The notes beneath the pieces were generated by a model. That model was not told the origin of the DNA. It made no database searches and saw only the letters and a program-made list of their open reading frames with translations. This document shows positions 24,384 to 37,364 of a DNA stretch of 64,000 nucleotides, in pieces. Source of the stretch: Eledone cirrhosa (Eukaryota); the NCBI GenBank assembly GCA_964016885.1, contig OZ024741.1, positions 220,968,001 to 221,032,000 of the forward strand. Direction: 5' to 3'. A program made the translations under genes and the position numbers. Positions within the stretch are counted from its first letter, which is position 1. The number at the start of each line of letters is the position of its first letter.

Positions 24384-24538
24384 CATATATATATATATAA
24401 GTACGTATGCATGTGTGTATGTTATTCTGGTTTTGTAATTTTTCTAAATATATATATTAAAATATATATATTTTTATTAAAATATATATATTAAAATATA
24501 TATATTTTTATATGTAATTTTATAAATATATATATATG

Positions 24539-24610
<72 letters not shown>

Positions 24611-24613
24611 TAC

Positions 24614-24649
<36 letters not shown>

Positions 24650-24803
24650 GTATATGTATATATATATGTATATATATATATGCATATATATATATATGTA
24701 TATATGTATATATACATATCTATATATGTGTGTATGTATGTATCTATGTATATATATATATATGCATGTGCATATATGTAGTTATACATATATGTATTTA
24801 TAC

Positions 24804-24872
<69 letters not shown>

Positions 24873-25774
24873 TGTGTGTGTTTCCTTGTGTGTTTGTTTC
24901 CATGTCAGATTACTGTTGTAAAATCGTGTGCAATATGTTATATGCATATATATATACATGTAATGCAGAACAATGACCGAATGCTGTAAGATTATTATTA
25001 ATGGGTGAGGCTGGCAAAAGCTGGAAAGCTCACAGCTCTAGTACAAAGGATAACATTTATGCAACATGGCTGCCGTCAAAAATAGATCTTTCTTGGCGCA
25101 TGCGTAGATGTGATGGGAAAAACTGTTCGTTTTAAAGCAACAACTTTGCAACCAAAGTAAACTATTATAGAAAAATCAAGCAAAATGCACACACGATCGA
25201 TAAATATTTAGTAGACTCGGTTTTTGTGATCGATAGCTAAAATACCATTAAGATATGCTGAATACTTGTAGATCGAACTATATAAATAGGAACGAGGCAA
25301 GATAATTCTTAGGTCTTGTAATGTGATTTTCTCACCCTTTTATTGTGTTATTTCTTCTCCTCCTGACGTAGTAGAAGGGAGAGTTAACTTGTTAAGCTGC
25401 TCTAATCTACTCGTCTAAACTGTGATGTACCACACGAATCAGTCAGCTTACTCTCTCTCCTTCTCTCCTTCTTTCTCCCCTTCTTTCATCGATCCTGTCT
25501 CTCTCTCCTTCGATCCTGTCTCTCTCTCCCCTTCGTTCTTTCTTCTCATTTTCTTTTTTCTTTCTATCTTTCTTTCTTTCTTCATTTCCTTCTATCTTTC
25601 TTTCTCTCTTCGATCCTTTCTCTCTTCCTTTCGTTTTTTCTTTCAATCTTTACTTTCCTTCGTTCTGTCTTTTCCCCATGTTTCTTTCTTTCCTTCTATC
25701 TTTCTTTCCTGCCCTCTATCTGTCATTTATTTCCTTTTACCTTTCTTTCTTTGACCCCCCCCCCCTCTCTCTCG

Positions 25775-25824
<50 letters not shown>

Positions 25825-26358
25825 CTCTCTATATATATCTATCTCTCTCTCTCTGTCTCTCTCTCTCTATCTATCTCTCTATCTCTATTTCTCTATCTCT
25901 CTCTCTATCTATCTATCTATCTATCTCTCTCTCCCTCTCTCTCTCTCTCTCTCAATCTCTCTCCCTCTCTCTTCTTTTTGTTCTCTCTTCTTTCTGCCTT
26001 TTCTCTTTTTCCTTTCAGTCTTTTTTCTTTCTTTATTTCTTTATTTCCTTCTATTTACTTCAGTCCTTCATTACTTCTTTCATTATATTACTTCTTTCTC
26101 TCTTTCGTTATTTTGTTCTTCCACTCCTTCTTCTTCACTTCCCCTTCTTCACTTCCCCTTCTTCAGTTCCCCTTCTTTCATCTCTCACATCTCTCTAATC
26201 CGCCACCCCATTTATATATGTTTAAATCTATTTTATCACCGTCCTTATCTTATATGTCATCGTTACCACCATTACCGCAAATATACTTACAATGAAGGGC
26301 GTTAGTTAGACTGACTTACATGTCTATATACTCAACGTACAGTTTAATGCACAATTGA

Positions 26359-26411
<53 letters not shown>

Positions 26412-26414
<3 letters not shown>

Positions 26415-26768
26415 TATTCAAAATATTAACAAATGAAGTTATTCACATAATCAAAATATATGCTTTATTATATATATTTCGAAGATACTGTCTTATTTTT
26501 TTTCCACTACGTCCTCGTCAGATAAAATATCTGATTTGATATATGACATACCTCTACGGTCTTGATATTTCAATTCCAGTATTGGCAGTACAAAACAGTA
26601 CCTTCGAAATATTTATAATAAAGCATATATTTTGATTATGTGAATATCTTCATTCGTTCATATTTTGAATAATATTAAAACTCCAGGAATATTTCACTGT
26701 TGAGTGCTTTTAATCTATTTTAAAACTGTATTCATTGAGTAATCAATGAACCACATAAATCTTTGGTC

Positions 26769-26775
<7 letters not shown>
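26412..26775. mobile_element. Family A2 fold-back element with hammerhead 26462-26529 (-)
   Basis: Inverted arms 26413-26492 / 26594-26674. Minus strand: attttat-CTGACGA-ggac...cttc-GAAA-tatatATA-ataaagc. Confidence 0.7.
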
Positions 26776-26825
<50 letters not shown>

Positions 26826-27048
26826 CATACATATATATATATATATAGGAAACAGAATCGAAGTTGTAGCCGCAATATAGCAGGTACTAATTGAATTGTG
26901 AGGAGATCGCAAAGCACTCAATGGAGCGAGAAGTCAATAGATTTTCGTCCAGAGTAAACGAAAAGTTAATAAAGTGTGACACCAAGATGAAGGACCAAAA
27001 GCAGTGGCCATACCTATACCACAACAATGATACAAATAGGTTGACGAC

Positions 27049-27114
<66 letters not shown>

Positions 27115-27205
27115 AAAAAAGTCAGGAACCCGATGGCTGAGCTCCGGCTATTTCTGAATAGGTGTCGGAACGGCCGGAGCTCAGCCGTCGGGGTCCTGAC
27201 TCTAC

Positions 27206-27275
<70 letters not shown>

Positions 27276-27528
27276 GAATAGGGAGTATGTATAGGAAGCC
27301 GTACAAGGCCAGAAGTCGGAAGGGACTTGGGGACTTGGGAGAAATGGGGTAGAAAGCAAAAAGTAGGAGAAAAAGGAAAATAAAACAAAACAAGAGCTGA
27401 AAGTTGCCTTAGCAATTTAATGACTTTTTAGGGTTATATATGTGTGTGCGTCAGTTGGTAAAGATGGATATATAGATAAATATATAAATACATACAAACA
27501 TACATACATACATAAAACTACAGCTGCC

Positions 27529-27660
<132 letters not shown>

Positions 27661-27776
27661 GTGTGTGCGCGCGTGTGTGTGTGTGAGTGTGTATGTGTGT
27701 GCGTGTGTGTGTGTGTCTGTGTGTGTGTCTGTGTGTGTTTGTTTCTCTAGTTCCTGACTGTTCTTTAGTGGGGGTG

Positions 27777-29201
27777 AAAACCCACACAGATAGATGGAAC
27801 GGGTGGACCAGAGCCATACGGACACCCGAAAACCACGATGAACTGAAGAAAATGATTGCACATGCGGTAGGGGCCAGCATAAAACTAACCCTTAAGGAAC
27901 ATATGTTCAAATTAAATGGTAAAACATATGCCCAAGAGGAAGGAGCAGCCATTGGTGTTAGCATTGCAGGCGACATAGCTAACTTATTCATGGTATGGTG
28001 GGACAGTAGACTTAAACAAAAACTTAAAGAACAATTAGAAGACAGCTTAACCCTGATAATGTACTCCCGCTACGTAGATGATATAAACATCGTAGTTAAG
28101 ACACCCCCACTAAAGAACAGTCAGGAACTAGAGAAAAACACAATGGAAAGCATCCAGCAAATAGCAAACTCCATCCACCAGAGCATTAGAGTTACTATAG
28201 ACTACCCAAGTAGACACCCCAACCATCGATTACCTGTACTAGACACAGAGCTCTGGTTAGATACCATTAACAACCAAAAACAAATCCTCCATTCCCATTA
28301 TGCCAAACCCATGACTTCCAAACATCTGATCCACCGAAACTCGGCCATTTCGGACCATACCAAAATCAACATACTGATTGCGGATTTGGTACGGGTGATG
28401 AGAAATGTGTCCCGCATGTGCAACCCCGAAGAACTAGAGAGACACATACAACACTTCATCCACCGTATGCAGTTCTCTGGCTACAATCAGAGAGATAGAA
28501 TCAGAGTGTATAAAGGAGCCAGAACCAAATGGGAAAAAATGGTAAATAATGACTTAAATGGGACCTGCCCCTTGTATAGGAGCAAATTTTGGAATAGAAT
28601 AGAAAGAACTAGGAACAAGGCCAATAGAATAAACTCATGGTATGATAGCAATAAATACCAGAGTGTAATGTTCATCAATACAACCCCTAGAGGCGAACTA
28701 GCCTACAAATTTAGAAGGGCCCTAAATAAACATAATCTCAATATTAAGATAGTAGAAAGACCAGGTACCTCCGTAAAAACACTTATTAGCAAGACATACC
28801 CGTTCCAAAGACCCTCATGTATAGATAAGAAATGTATAACCTGTAAAATAAGCCCCCATATTAACTGTAAAACTAGAAATGTAGTGTATAGCATAAGATG
28901 TACTGAAGGACAATGTAGAAACAAAAATATAGTGTACATAGGTGAGACAGCTCGTAGTATAGGGGAACGAATAAATGAACACTGGCGAGACCTCCAAGAT
29001 AATAAAGAATCATCTGTGCTCTACCAACATGCTAAGATAGAACACAGGGGTAGATTAGAGAACATAGAAATAAAAATAGAATCCACACACAGAAAAGACG
29101 CAATGTTTAGGCAAATTACAGAGGCAGTAAGCATAAAAGAATTAAGACCAAAATTAAATAGAAAATATGAGTGGAACAGCAACATCACAACTTACAATTA
29201 A
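27777..29201 (+). CDS. Penelope-like reverse transcriptase C-terminal half plus GIY-YIG endonuclease (no true start)
   Basis: Motifs F.LNGKTY.Q..GAAIG, YSRYVDD, LPVLD, H.Y.KP, CxxxxCxxC linker, VVYSIRC..YIGETARSIGERINEH, R.I.EA..I....P.LN. About 470 codons with no stop. Confidence 0.9.
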   Translation, partial: KTHTDRWNGWTRAIRTPENHDELKKMIAHAVGASIKLTLKEHMFKLNGKTYAQEEGAAIGVSIAGDIANLFMVWWDSRLKQKLKEQLEDSLTLIMYSRYVDDINIVVKTPPLKNSQELEKNTMESIQQIANSIHQSIRVTIDYPSRHPNHRLPVLDTELWLDTINNQKQILHSHYAKPMTSKHLIHRNSAISDHTKINILIADLVRVMRNVSRMCNPEELERHIQHFIHRMQFSGYNQRDRIRVYKGARTKWEKMVNNDLNGTCPLYRSKFWNRIERTRNKANRINSWYDSNKYQSVMFINTTPRGELAYKFRRALNKHNLNIKIVERPGTSVKTLISKTYPFQRPSCIDKKCITCKISPHINCKTRNVVYSIRCTEGQCRNKNIVYIGETARSIGERINEHWRDLQDNKESSVLYQHAKIEHRGRLENIEIKIESTHRKDAMFRQITEAVSIKELRPKLNRKYEWNSNITTYN

Positions 29202-29498
29202 GGACAAAGTGAAAACACACACAGGACAAAATGAAAACACACACAGGACAAAATGAAAACACACACACACATAGAACAAACAACTTACAATTAAGGACAA
29301 AATGAAAACACACACACACATAGAACAAACAACCAACCAACAATAAATAAATAAATAAACAAATAGATAAATGAACACAAACACACACAGACACCCGGAT
29401 GTGGCGCATGCGCAAACTGAGCACACAACACACGCACAGAAACAAAATGGCGTAGGATAGAAGAAAGGAAAGGCACAGAAACAAAGAAAGGAATCCCC

Positions 29499-29543
29499 AG
29501 TCACTGAAGAGGCCACAGAGTGTGTGACGAAAGGACTATGACT
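29499..29543 (+). ncRNA. Minimal hammerhead ribozyme in the PLE pseudo-LTR (family D)
   Basis: agtca-CTGAAGA-ggccaca gagtg tgtgac-GAAA-gga-CTA-tgact. Stem I is 5 bp perfect; stem III is minimal. Confidence 0.8.
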
Positions 29544-29782
29544 ATATATAAACAACTATCTGGTTGTGGAACCAACCAACCAACCAGAAATTTATAAGTT
29601 TGTAAATTTGTAAATTTATAAATTTATAAATATATAATAAATTGAAGTGAAAGCAACTGGTGCGTGTGTTTCTTATTGGCAACATGACCCTCCCAAAGTA
29701 TAACAATATCGGTTTCAACACACGATTTCAGATAAAGAATCTTTCTAAACAAATTCAGAAACGAAATATATATATATATATA

Positions 29783-30350
29783 TATATAAACAAGGTTTAG
29801 CAAATAATGAAAAAGTTTCAAAATAAATTTTAAAAAATTGACTTTACCTACTATAGTTACCTTTACTGATCGGTTTCGAATCCCAAAAATAAACGGAGAC
29901 CATACGGCCTTCGTTGCAAAGAAAGATTCTCGTCAGAAGGTTCTTTTCATTCGAAGAATATAAAATTCTTGAATTTAAATTACGAACTAGCGCTATCCAA
30001 AACTGTTCCCGAGATGAGAGTGAATGAAGTGGAATCAATTTTTTCAAGGGCCGAAGTAAAGATAGAGGCAGAGAGAGGTAGGTCAAGTCGGCCGCCACTA
30101 TCACTAGCAGCAGTCGGAACGACCAAATTTTTTCTCAACAATAGAGGAGATTAGTAATAATAGGATATGTGTTCCTTCACGCACAAGGCGCTAAGGGACG
30201 CATGTATTGTCCAACCAAATGCCAATGTGGTTCAATGGCAGGTTAATAAATTAACGAGCCAAAACATATATAAACAAGGTTTAGCAAATAATGAAAAAGT
30301 TTCAAAATAAATTTTAAAAAATTGACTTTACCTACTATAGTTACCTTTAC
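29783..30350 (-). mobile_element. PLE 3' remnant with hammerhead 29860-29941 and duplicated 84-bp terminus
   Basis: Minus ORF piece 'SSREQFWIALVRNLN' (GIY-YIG C-terminal-like), then CTGACGA-gaatc...gattc-GAAACCGATC. Direct repeats 29783-29866 and 30266-30350. Confidence 0.6.
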
Positions 30351-30494
30351 CGTCGTCTGCAGATTACAGAGTCGGGTAAGATCGATACAGATCGAACCTT
30401 TAGTTGATCAGTGGCGAAACGCGCGTCACCAACCAATAAATGTAATGAAGGAGTAACCAATCGTCCTTGTTATCTTTTCAATATATATATATAT

Positions 30495-31855
30495 GTATTG
30501 TTATACTTGGGGAGGGTCATATTTGTGTAATATTGCCAGAATTAATAACAGAACACACTCACTGTTTGGTTGGTTTTCGCTTCTGTGTCGTTTATATAGG
30601 TTAATTTAATTTATTCGGTCCTCAATGTTACCATTGACTGAGCAACGGTCAAAAATACAGATACAATACAGACACAAACACATATATATAGTCTAACAAA
30701 GTTCTTTCGTTGCACATCTGCAACATCGTTAGTGGTGCTATTATGTTTCCTCCTGTTATATTGTATGCCTACGCCATCTTTATTTAGTCTGTTTATTTAT
30801 TTATATATTTATTTTTTTGTCTTCTCTGCGCATGCGTTTGCGTGTGTGTATAGTGTTTGATGTGTGTTCGTGTTTGGCTGACTGTGTATTGGTGATTGCA
30901 TTCTATCTTGGTTTACTAGTGTGTGTTTATATGTGTTTGTTGTTATTGTGCTTGTGTATTTATTTATTTATTTATTTATTTATACTTCTCTTAGGTCAGT
31001 GTTGTTTGTTTGGGTATTGTTGTTATTCCATTCATTCTTTCTGTTTAGCCTTGGCCTTCTAAGTTCTATTTCACTGGCCTCTCTGATTTGCCTATCTGCT
31101 GGGTCATTTCTATGTTTAGATATTATTCTACTTTCTATGTTGTCTATGTTACCGTCATGTTGTTGTCTGGCGTGTTCGTATAGTACTGAACCGTTTTTTC
31201 GTCCTTTTAGTTCCCCCCAGTGTTGGTCTATCCTTTCACCTATGCTACGAGCTGTCTCGCCTATGTATGTTGTTGTCAGGTTTCTGCAAGTACCCCCTGT
31301 ACATATTATGCTATAGACTACGTTTCTAGTTTTACAGTTTATCCGGGGGTTCACCTTACATATGATACATTTCCTATTAGTACAGTGGGTTTTCTTAAAA
31401 AGGTAGGTTTTGCTGATCAGGGATTTTATGGTGGTTCCTGGCTTTTTTATCACCTTAATCTTTAAGTGGGTCTTTCTCAGGGCCTTTCTACACTGGTTAG
31501 CTAATTTCCCTCCAGGGATACCGTCCACAAACATGACACTCTGGTATCTCTGGTTGTCGTACCATGAGGTGGCTTTCCCTATCTTATGTCTAGCCCTATC
31601 TAAGCTATTCCATGATTTGCTCCTGTATAATGGGCGAATTCCTTTCATGTCCAGTTCTATGAGGGTCTTATACTTCTCCGTGGCTCCTTTGTATACTCTG
31701 ATTCTGTCTCTTTGGTTGTAGCCAGAGAACTGCATGCGGTTGATGAAGTGTTGGATGTGTCTTTCCATTTCTGTTGGGTCGCACATGCGGGACACGTTCT
31801 TCATCACTCGTACCAAGTCTGCGATCAGAATATTAAACTTAGCACTACTGGACAT
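30495..31855 (-). mobile_element. Second Penelope-like element fragment (RT thumb plus GIY-YIG, ORF 30980-31855) with decayed hammerhead 30695-30736
   Basis: Protein is paralogous to 27777-29201 (ILIADLVRVM, YIGETARSIGERI). Pseudo-LTR: CTAACGA-tgttgca gatg tgcaac-GAAAGAACTT. Confidence 0.9.
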
Positions 31856-31863
31856 TATATATG

Positions 31864-31946
<83 letters not shown>

Positions 31947-32059
31947 TATTTATTAAAATAACAGATTAATAAATATTTGCTCTACGGTTCTTATATATTT
32001 GATATATATTTATCCTTATCGAGCCCTCTTTGGATTTTAGTCTTCAAATTTATTATTAT

Positions 32060-32144
<85 letters not shown>

Positions 32145-32149
32145 TAATT

Positions 32150-32945
32150 AATCCACTTTGGAAAAAAGGATGCCCTGAAACAACCATACTCTCTTCCTTC
32201 TAGTAGCATCCAACATCAGATACCTGGGAGTAATTGTGGACAACAACATAAGCTGGGCCACTTATATAAACAGCAAAGCTGACATGGCCCGCAGAATGTG
32301 TTCCTGGATTCTCAGAACTCTCCAGTCGAGATATATCCACACTGTTATCCTTCTCTTCTCCACTTTGGCCCGACCCCACCTTGAATACTGTTGTCCACTG
32401 TGGTCTCCCCACACGAAACAAAATATCATGAAAGTTGAAGCACCCCAAAGATCGATTACAAAAAAGGTAGATGCCATGACAGGTCTTGACTATTGGAGTC
32501 GATTAGAAAAGCTCAACCTTTATTCTTTCCAACGTCGCCATGAGCGGTAAATTATCTGCATGATGTGGGAAATATTCCACATCTTTGCCCAAATGGCATC
32601 ACCTTTAATGTACACCAAAGGCTTCGGCCCCGTGCTATCCGCTCACGACAAAAATCTCACTCGCATCTTATAACAACAATACGGCACAATAATTTCACCT
32701 CAATTGACCCTGCTCTCTTTAACATTACACCAAATCACATCAAAACAGAAACAGACCCCATCAAGTTCAAGAAGTCTTTGGACAAATTCCTTCAAGAAAT
32801 GCCTCCGTAAATAATAGCTCTCTGCTCTAGTAGGCCATGGAGCCAAACACTGATTTGTAAGACTTCGCCAGGTGGTGCTATTAAGTTAGACATGGCTTGG
32901 GCCATTACTGGCCGAAACCTATCAAAGTTATCAAAGTTAAAGTTA
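32150..32945 (+). mobile_element. CR1-clade LINE 3' fragment
   Basis: LGVIVDNNISW, LARPHLEYCCPLWSP, QRSITK, YWSRLEKLNLYS.QRR.ER, FKKSLDKFL, followed by a (tcaaagtta) tail. Confidence 0.88.
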
Positions 32946-32970
32946 TATATATATAAATACATATATATAA

Positions 32971-33114
<144 letters not shown>

Positions 33115-33436
33115 ATACAAATATCATTTCAGTGGTCGAAAACAAAGCGAAACGCAATTTCTGAGTTATACGGCAAGCGCTCCATGGACTAAAAAAAGGC
33201 CATAGCAATAAACATAGGTTATATAGGCCAAACAAACTGAGAATGGCGGTCAAGAAGTTATCAGCCACCTATGCCAAAAAAAAAAGGAAGCAAGCTAAAC
33301 AGGTCAAACAAAAGAATATTTACCTTGACCCCTGGAATTGATGGTATAATCCAGTAAAGGGTTTCTGCGACACCTAAATCAATTATACTGCCTGCTTCCA
33401 TATTAAGAAACACACACACACACACACACATATATG

Positions 33437-33545
<109 letters not shown>

Positions 33546-33588
33546 ATGTATATATATGTATATATATGTATATATATGTATATATATG

Positions 33589-33620
<32 letters not shown>

Positions 33621-33871
33621 ATATATATATATATATATAAAGTCTACATTTATATATATATGTATATATATATATTACAAAATATATATATATATATGTG
33701 TGTGTGTGTATGCGAGTCAGAATATGTGTACTAATAACCATATATAAATTATAAAAATAACAAAAAGTAAAGAGAGATTATTAAAATATCGAATGATGAG
33801 AAATAAAATCGACCTTGCCAAGATCATTGATTAAAACCTGAAGCAACAGGAATATATATTGTGTCCTTACA

Positions 33872-34180
33872 TAATTGTTTCTACTTTAGGCACAAGGCCA
33901 GCATGTGTTCTTACATAATACCTCATAATTTGTAATATAGACGCAAGATCAGCAATTTGGGAGTAGGCATAATTCGATTAAATCGACCTCAATACTTGAC
34001 TAACATTATATTTTATCGAAAGGGCGGTGGAGAGGGTGAAGTCGATTAAACCAACCCCAGTGCGTGACTGGTACTTTATTTTATCGACGCTGTAAGGATG
34101 AATGGCAAAGCTAACCTCAGCGAGATTTGAACTCAGAACCTAAAGAGATATAACTATATGCTACAAAGCATGTTGTCCGA
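33872..34180 (-). mobile_element. tRNA-SINE fragments
   Basis: Reverse-complement SINE body and B-box. Confidence 0.75.
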
Positions 34181-34580
34181 CGATTTCGAAGATAAATGTT
34201 CCAGGTGTCTGATTAATGAGAGAGAGAGAGAGAGAGAGAGTGAGAGAGAGAGAGAGAGTGTGTGTGTGTGTGTGTGAGAGAGAGAGAAAGGGGGTGACAG
34301 AAAGAGAGAGAGAGAGGCAGCTCATTAAATTAACGAGTAATTGGCCGAGCATTCCACAGGAGTGTGTACTCTTAAAGTACTTCTCAGGGAGATTCAGTGT
34401 GGCACAGAAAGTGATATGGGTGATTAAGTGGTACAATATATCCGACAGGCTTCCAAACAGTTGCCAATTACCATAGACTCGGCTCGACCCGAGGCTATAA
34501 TAGAGGACACATCTTTAAGACGTATTTATTATTTCATGTATATATGTATGTATGTATACATAAGTATGTATGTTATCTAG

Positions 34581-34647
<67 letters not shown>

Positions 34648-34731
34648 TAAGTTATTCCGGGTTGAATCGGAGGTAACCACAGTAAGTAAGGTACTCAATA
34701 CATAGCAGAGTATAAAAGTTTTAATATAGAA

Positions 34732-34784
34732 GAGATTCTACAGGACTAGAACTGTTTCATTCGTGAGAAATCATGAGGAATCTC
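34732..34784 (-). ncRNA. Family B hammerhead with core point mutation (CTCATGA)
   Basis: Stem I gagattc/gaatctc, 7 bp perfect; stem III acag/ctgt; GUA triplet. G5 is changed to C, so it is probably inactive. Confidence 0.65.
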
Positions 34785-34815
34785 AGGATATATATATATA
34801 TTTGTATGTGTGTTA

Positions 34816-34869
<54 letters not shown>

Positions 34870-34872
<3 letters not shown>

Positions 34873-35200
34873 TAGCAGAGGGTACCCGGCGTTGCTCGGT
34901 ATTAAATACCAGTTGTGTATACCATTTATGTCAATACTTCAGTGCTGATTCGAAAACTATACTTTTACAAAATCATCGGCTTTTTCCCAAAGAGAGTTCC
35001 TGCCCCCAGGGGTCCCCTACTCAATATGTGCCAATTCACATTCACCAGTAGAACAAACGTAGCCCATGTGTCAAGTTTTGTAAAAATCCGTTGCGAACTC
35101 CAGAAGTTATGACGTTTTGTTGCATTGCACTGCAGTGCTTCAGTCGACTCCACGGAAGCGGCTGAAGGGGGGTTATCTGCCGGGAGGCCGTATAATCAAT
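34870..35200 (+). mobile_element. Non-autonomous Helitron/Helentron-like element
   Basis: Starts TACTAG...acccggcgttgctcgg after (TA)n and contains atgtgtcaagttttgtaaaaatccg, motifs typical of HINE/DINE-like repeats. Confidence 0.4.
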
Positions 35201-35374
35201 ACATATATAAGTATATGATGGATACAAGCTGTGTTATGTATGGTATGATATCCTGTTGCTAACACAGTGTGTTTTACAATAAAGCCACTCTACTGGATAT
35301 GTCACTGACAAAAGTTGAAAGTTTCCGTTTTGACGAACATTGTCCAAAGACCTCAACAATACTGGGAATAGACG

Positions 35375-35586
35375 TGTGTGTGTGTTTATATGCATGTATG
35401 TATGGTAAGCAGGAGGAAAGAACATTTTGGGGGAAATGTGTGTATGTGTGTGTGGGTGTATGTGTGTATGTATGTGTGTCTTTATAGGAGTATATATGTA
35501 TGTGAAGTATGAGGAGAGAATATCTTTTGAAATCTGTGTCTGTATGTGAGTGTGTGTTGCCTTTGTGTGTATTATATATGTGTGTG

Positions 35587-35661
<75 letters not shown>

Positions 35662-36050
35662 ATATGTATGTATGGTAAGCAGGAGGAAAGAACATTTTTG
35701 GAGAAATGTGTGTATGTGTGTGTGAGTGTATGTGTGTATGTGTGTCTTTATAGGAGTATATATGTATGTGAAGTATGAGGAGAGAATATCTTTTGAAACC
35801 TGTGTCTGTATGTGAGTGTGTGTTGCCTTTGAGTGTATTATATGTGTGTGTGTGTGTGTGTGTGTGCCTGTGTGTGTGTGTGTGTGCGTGCGTGCGTGCG
35901 TGTGCGTGTGTGTGTGTGTTTATATGTATGTATGGTAAGCAGGAGGAGAGAACATTTTTGGAAAAATGTGTGTATGTGTGTATGTGTGTATGTGTGTGTT
36001 TATAGGGGCATATCTGTATGTGTAGTAGGAGGAGAGAATATCTTTTCAAA
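35375..36050. repeat. ~270-bp tandem repeat (about 2.5 units) built on (TG)n
   Basis: tatgtatggtaagcaggagga.agaacatttt recurs at ~35397, 35667 and 35927. Confidence 0.85.
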
Positions 36051-36254
36051 TCTGCGTCTGTGTGTGTATGTGTGTGTTGCATTTGTGTGAATTATGTGTG
36101 TGTTTAAAGGTATATATGTATATATATGTATGTGGGATTGGTGGAGAGAACATCTTTTTAAAACTGTGTTGCGTTGTGAATGTGAGTGTGAGTGTAGTGT
36201 GAGTGTGAGTGTGAGTGTGTGTGTGGAGGAGGAGGAAAGAACATCTTTTGAAAA

Positions 36255-36978
36255 CTGTGTGTTTTGTATTGTGTGTGTGTTTTGTATTGTGTGTGTGTGT
36301 TTTGTATTGTGTGTGTGTTTTGTATTGTGTGTGTGTTTTGTATTGTGTGTGTGTGTTTTGTATTGTGTGTGTGTTTTGTATTGTGTGTGTGTTTTGTATT
36401 GTGTGTGTGCGTTTTGTATTGTGTGTGTGTTTTGTATTGTGTGTGTGTTTTGTAATGTGTGTGTGTGTTTTGTATTGTGTGTGTGTGTTTTGTATTGTGT
36501 GTGTGTGTGTTTTGCCTTGTGTGTGTGTGTTTTGTATTGTGTGTGTGTGTTTTATCTTGTGTGTGTGTGTGTTTTGTATTGTGTGTGTGTGTTTTGTATT
36601 GTGTGTTTTGTATTGTGTGTGTGTGTTTTACCTTGTGTGTGTGTGTGTTATGTATTGTGTGTGTGTGTTTTACCTTGTGTGTGTGTGTTTTGTATTGTGT
36701 GTGTGTGTTTTACCTTGTGTGTGTGTGTTTTGTATTGTGTGTGTTTTACCTTGTGTGTGTGTTTTGTATTGTGTGTGTGTATTTTGTATTGTGTGTGTGT
36801 GTTTTACCTTGTGTGTGTGTTTTGTATTGTGTGTGTGTTTTACCTTGTGTGTGTGTGTGTTTTGTATTGTGTGTGTTTTGCCTTGTGTGTGTGTGTATTT
36901 TGTATTGTGTGTGTTTTGTATTGGGTGGGTGTGTTTTGTATTGTGTGTGTGTGTTTTGCCTTGTGTGTGTGTGTGTGT
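36255..36978. repeat. Minisatellite (ttttgtattgtgtgtgtg / ttttaccttgtgtgtg)n
   Basis: Directly visible units of 16-24 bp. Confidence 0.95.
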
Positions 36979-37364
36979 AGAGTAGGAGGGGGGACATCTT
37001 TTGAAAACTGTGTCTGTGTGCGTGTGTTACGTCTGTGTGTGTGTGTGATTGTGGTGTTGTGTGTATGTTTGTGTATATATGTCTGTCTGTGTGTGTTTAT
37101 AAGTGTATATATTTATATACCTGGAGTAGGAGGAGAAAACGTCTTTTGAACACTATGTGTGTGTGTTGCGTTGTTGTGCATATGTGTGTTGCGTTTGTGT
37201 GTGTGTGTCTATATGTGTGTGTCTATATGTGTGTGTCTATATGTGTGTGTGGTGAAAGAGAAGAGAATACCTTAAGAATATTGTGTGAATGAGTTTGATA
37301 AAGATAGGAGGGGGAGTGAAGGAGATGTGGGAGGCAGATAGAGAAATATAGGAAGACAGAGAGA

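Larger units (their letters stand above)
27742..29768 (+). mobile_element. Penelope-like element (5'-truncated): RT-GIY-YIG ORF plus 3' pseudo-LTR
   Basis: ORF described below, followed by a 3' region with a hammerhead. Inserted between (GT)n and (TA)n, with a 35-bp inverted internal segment at the 5' junction. Confidence 0.92.

Noticed and set aside
27687-27776. N-terminus of the 504-aa ORF
   Set aside because: The start lies in (GT)n and in an inverted 35-bp fragment. The real element is 5'-truncated.
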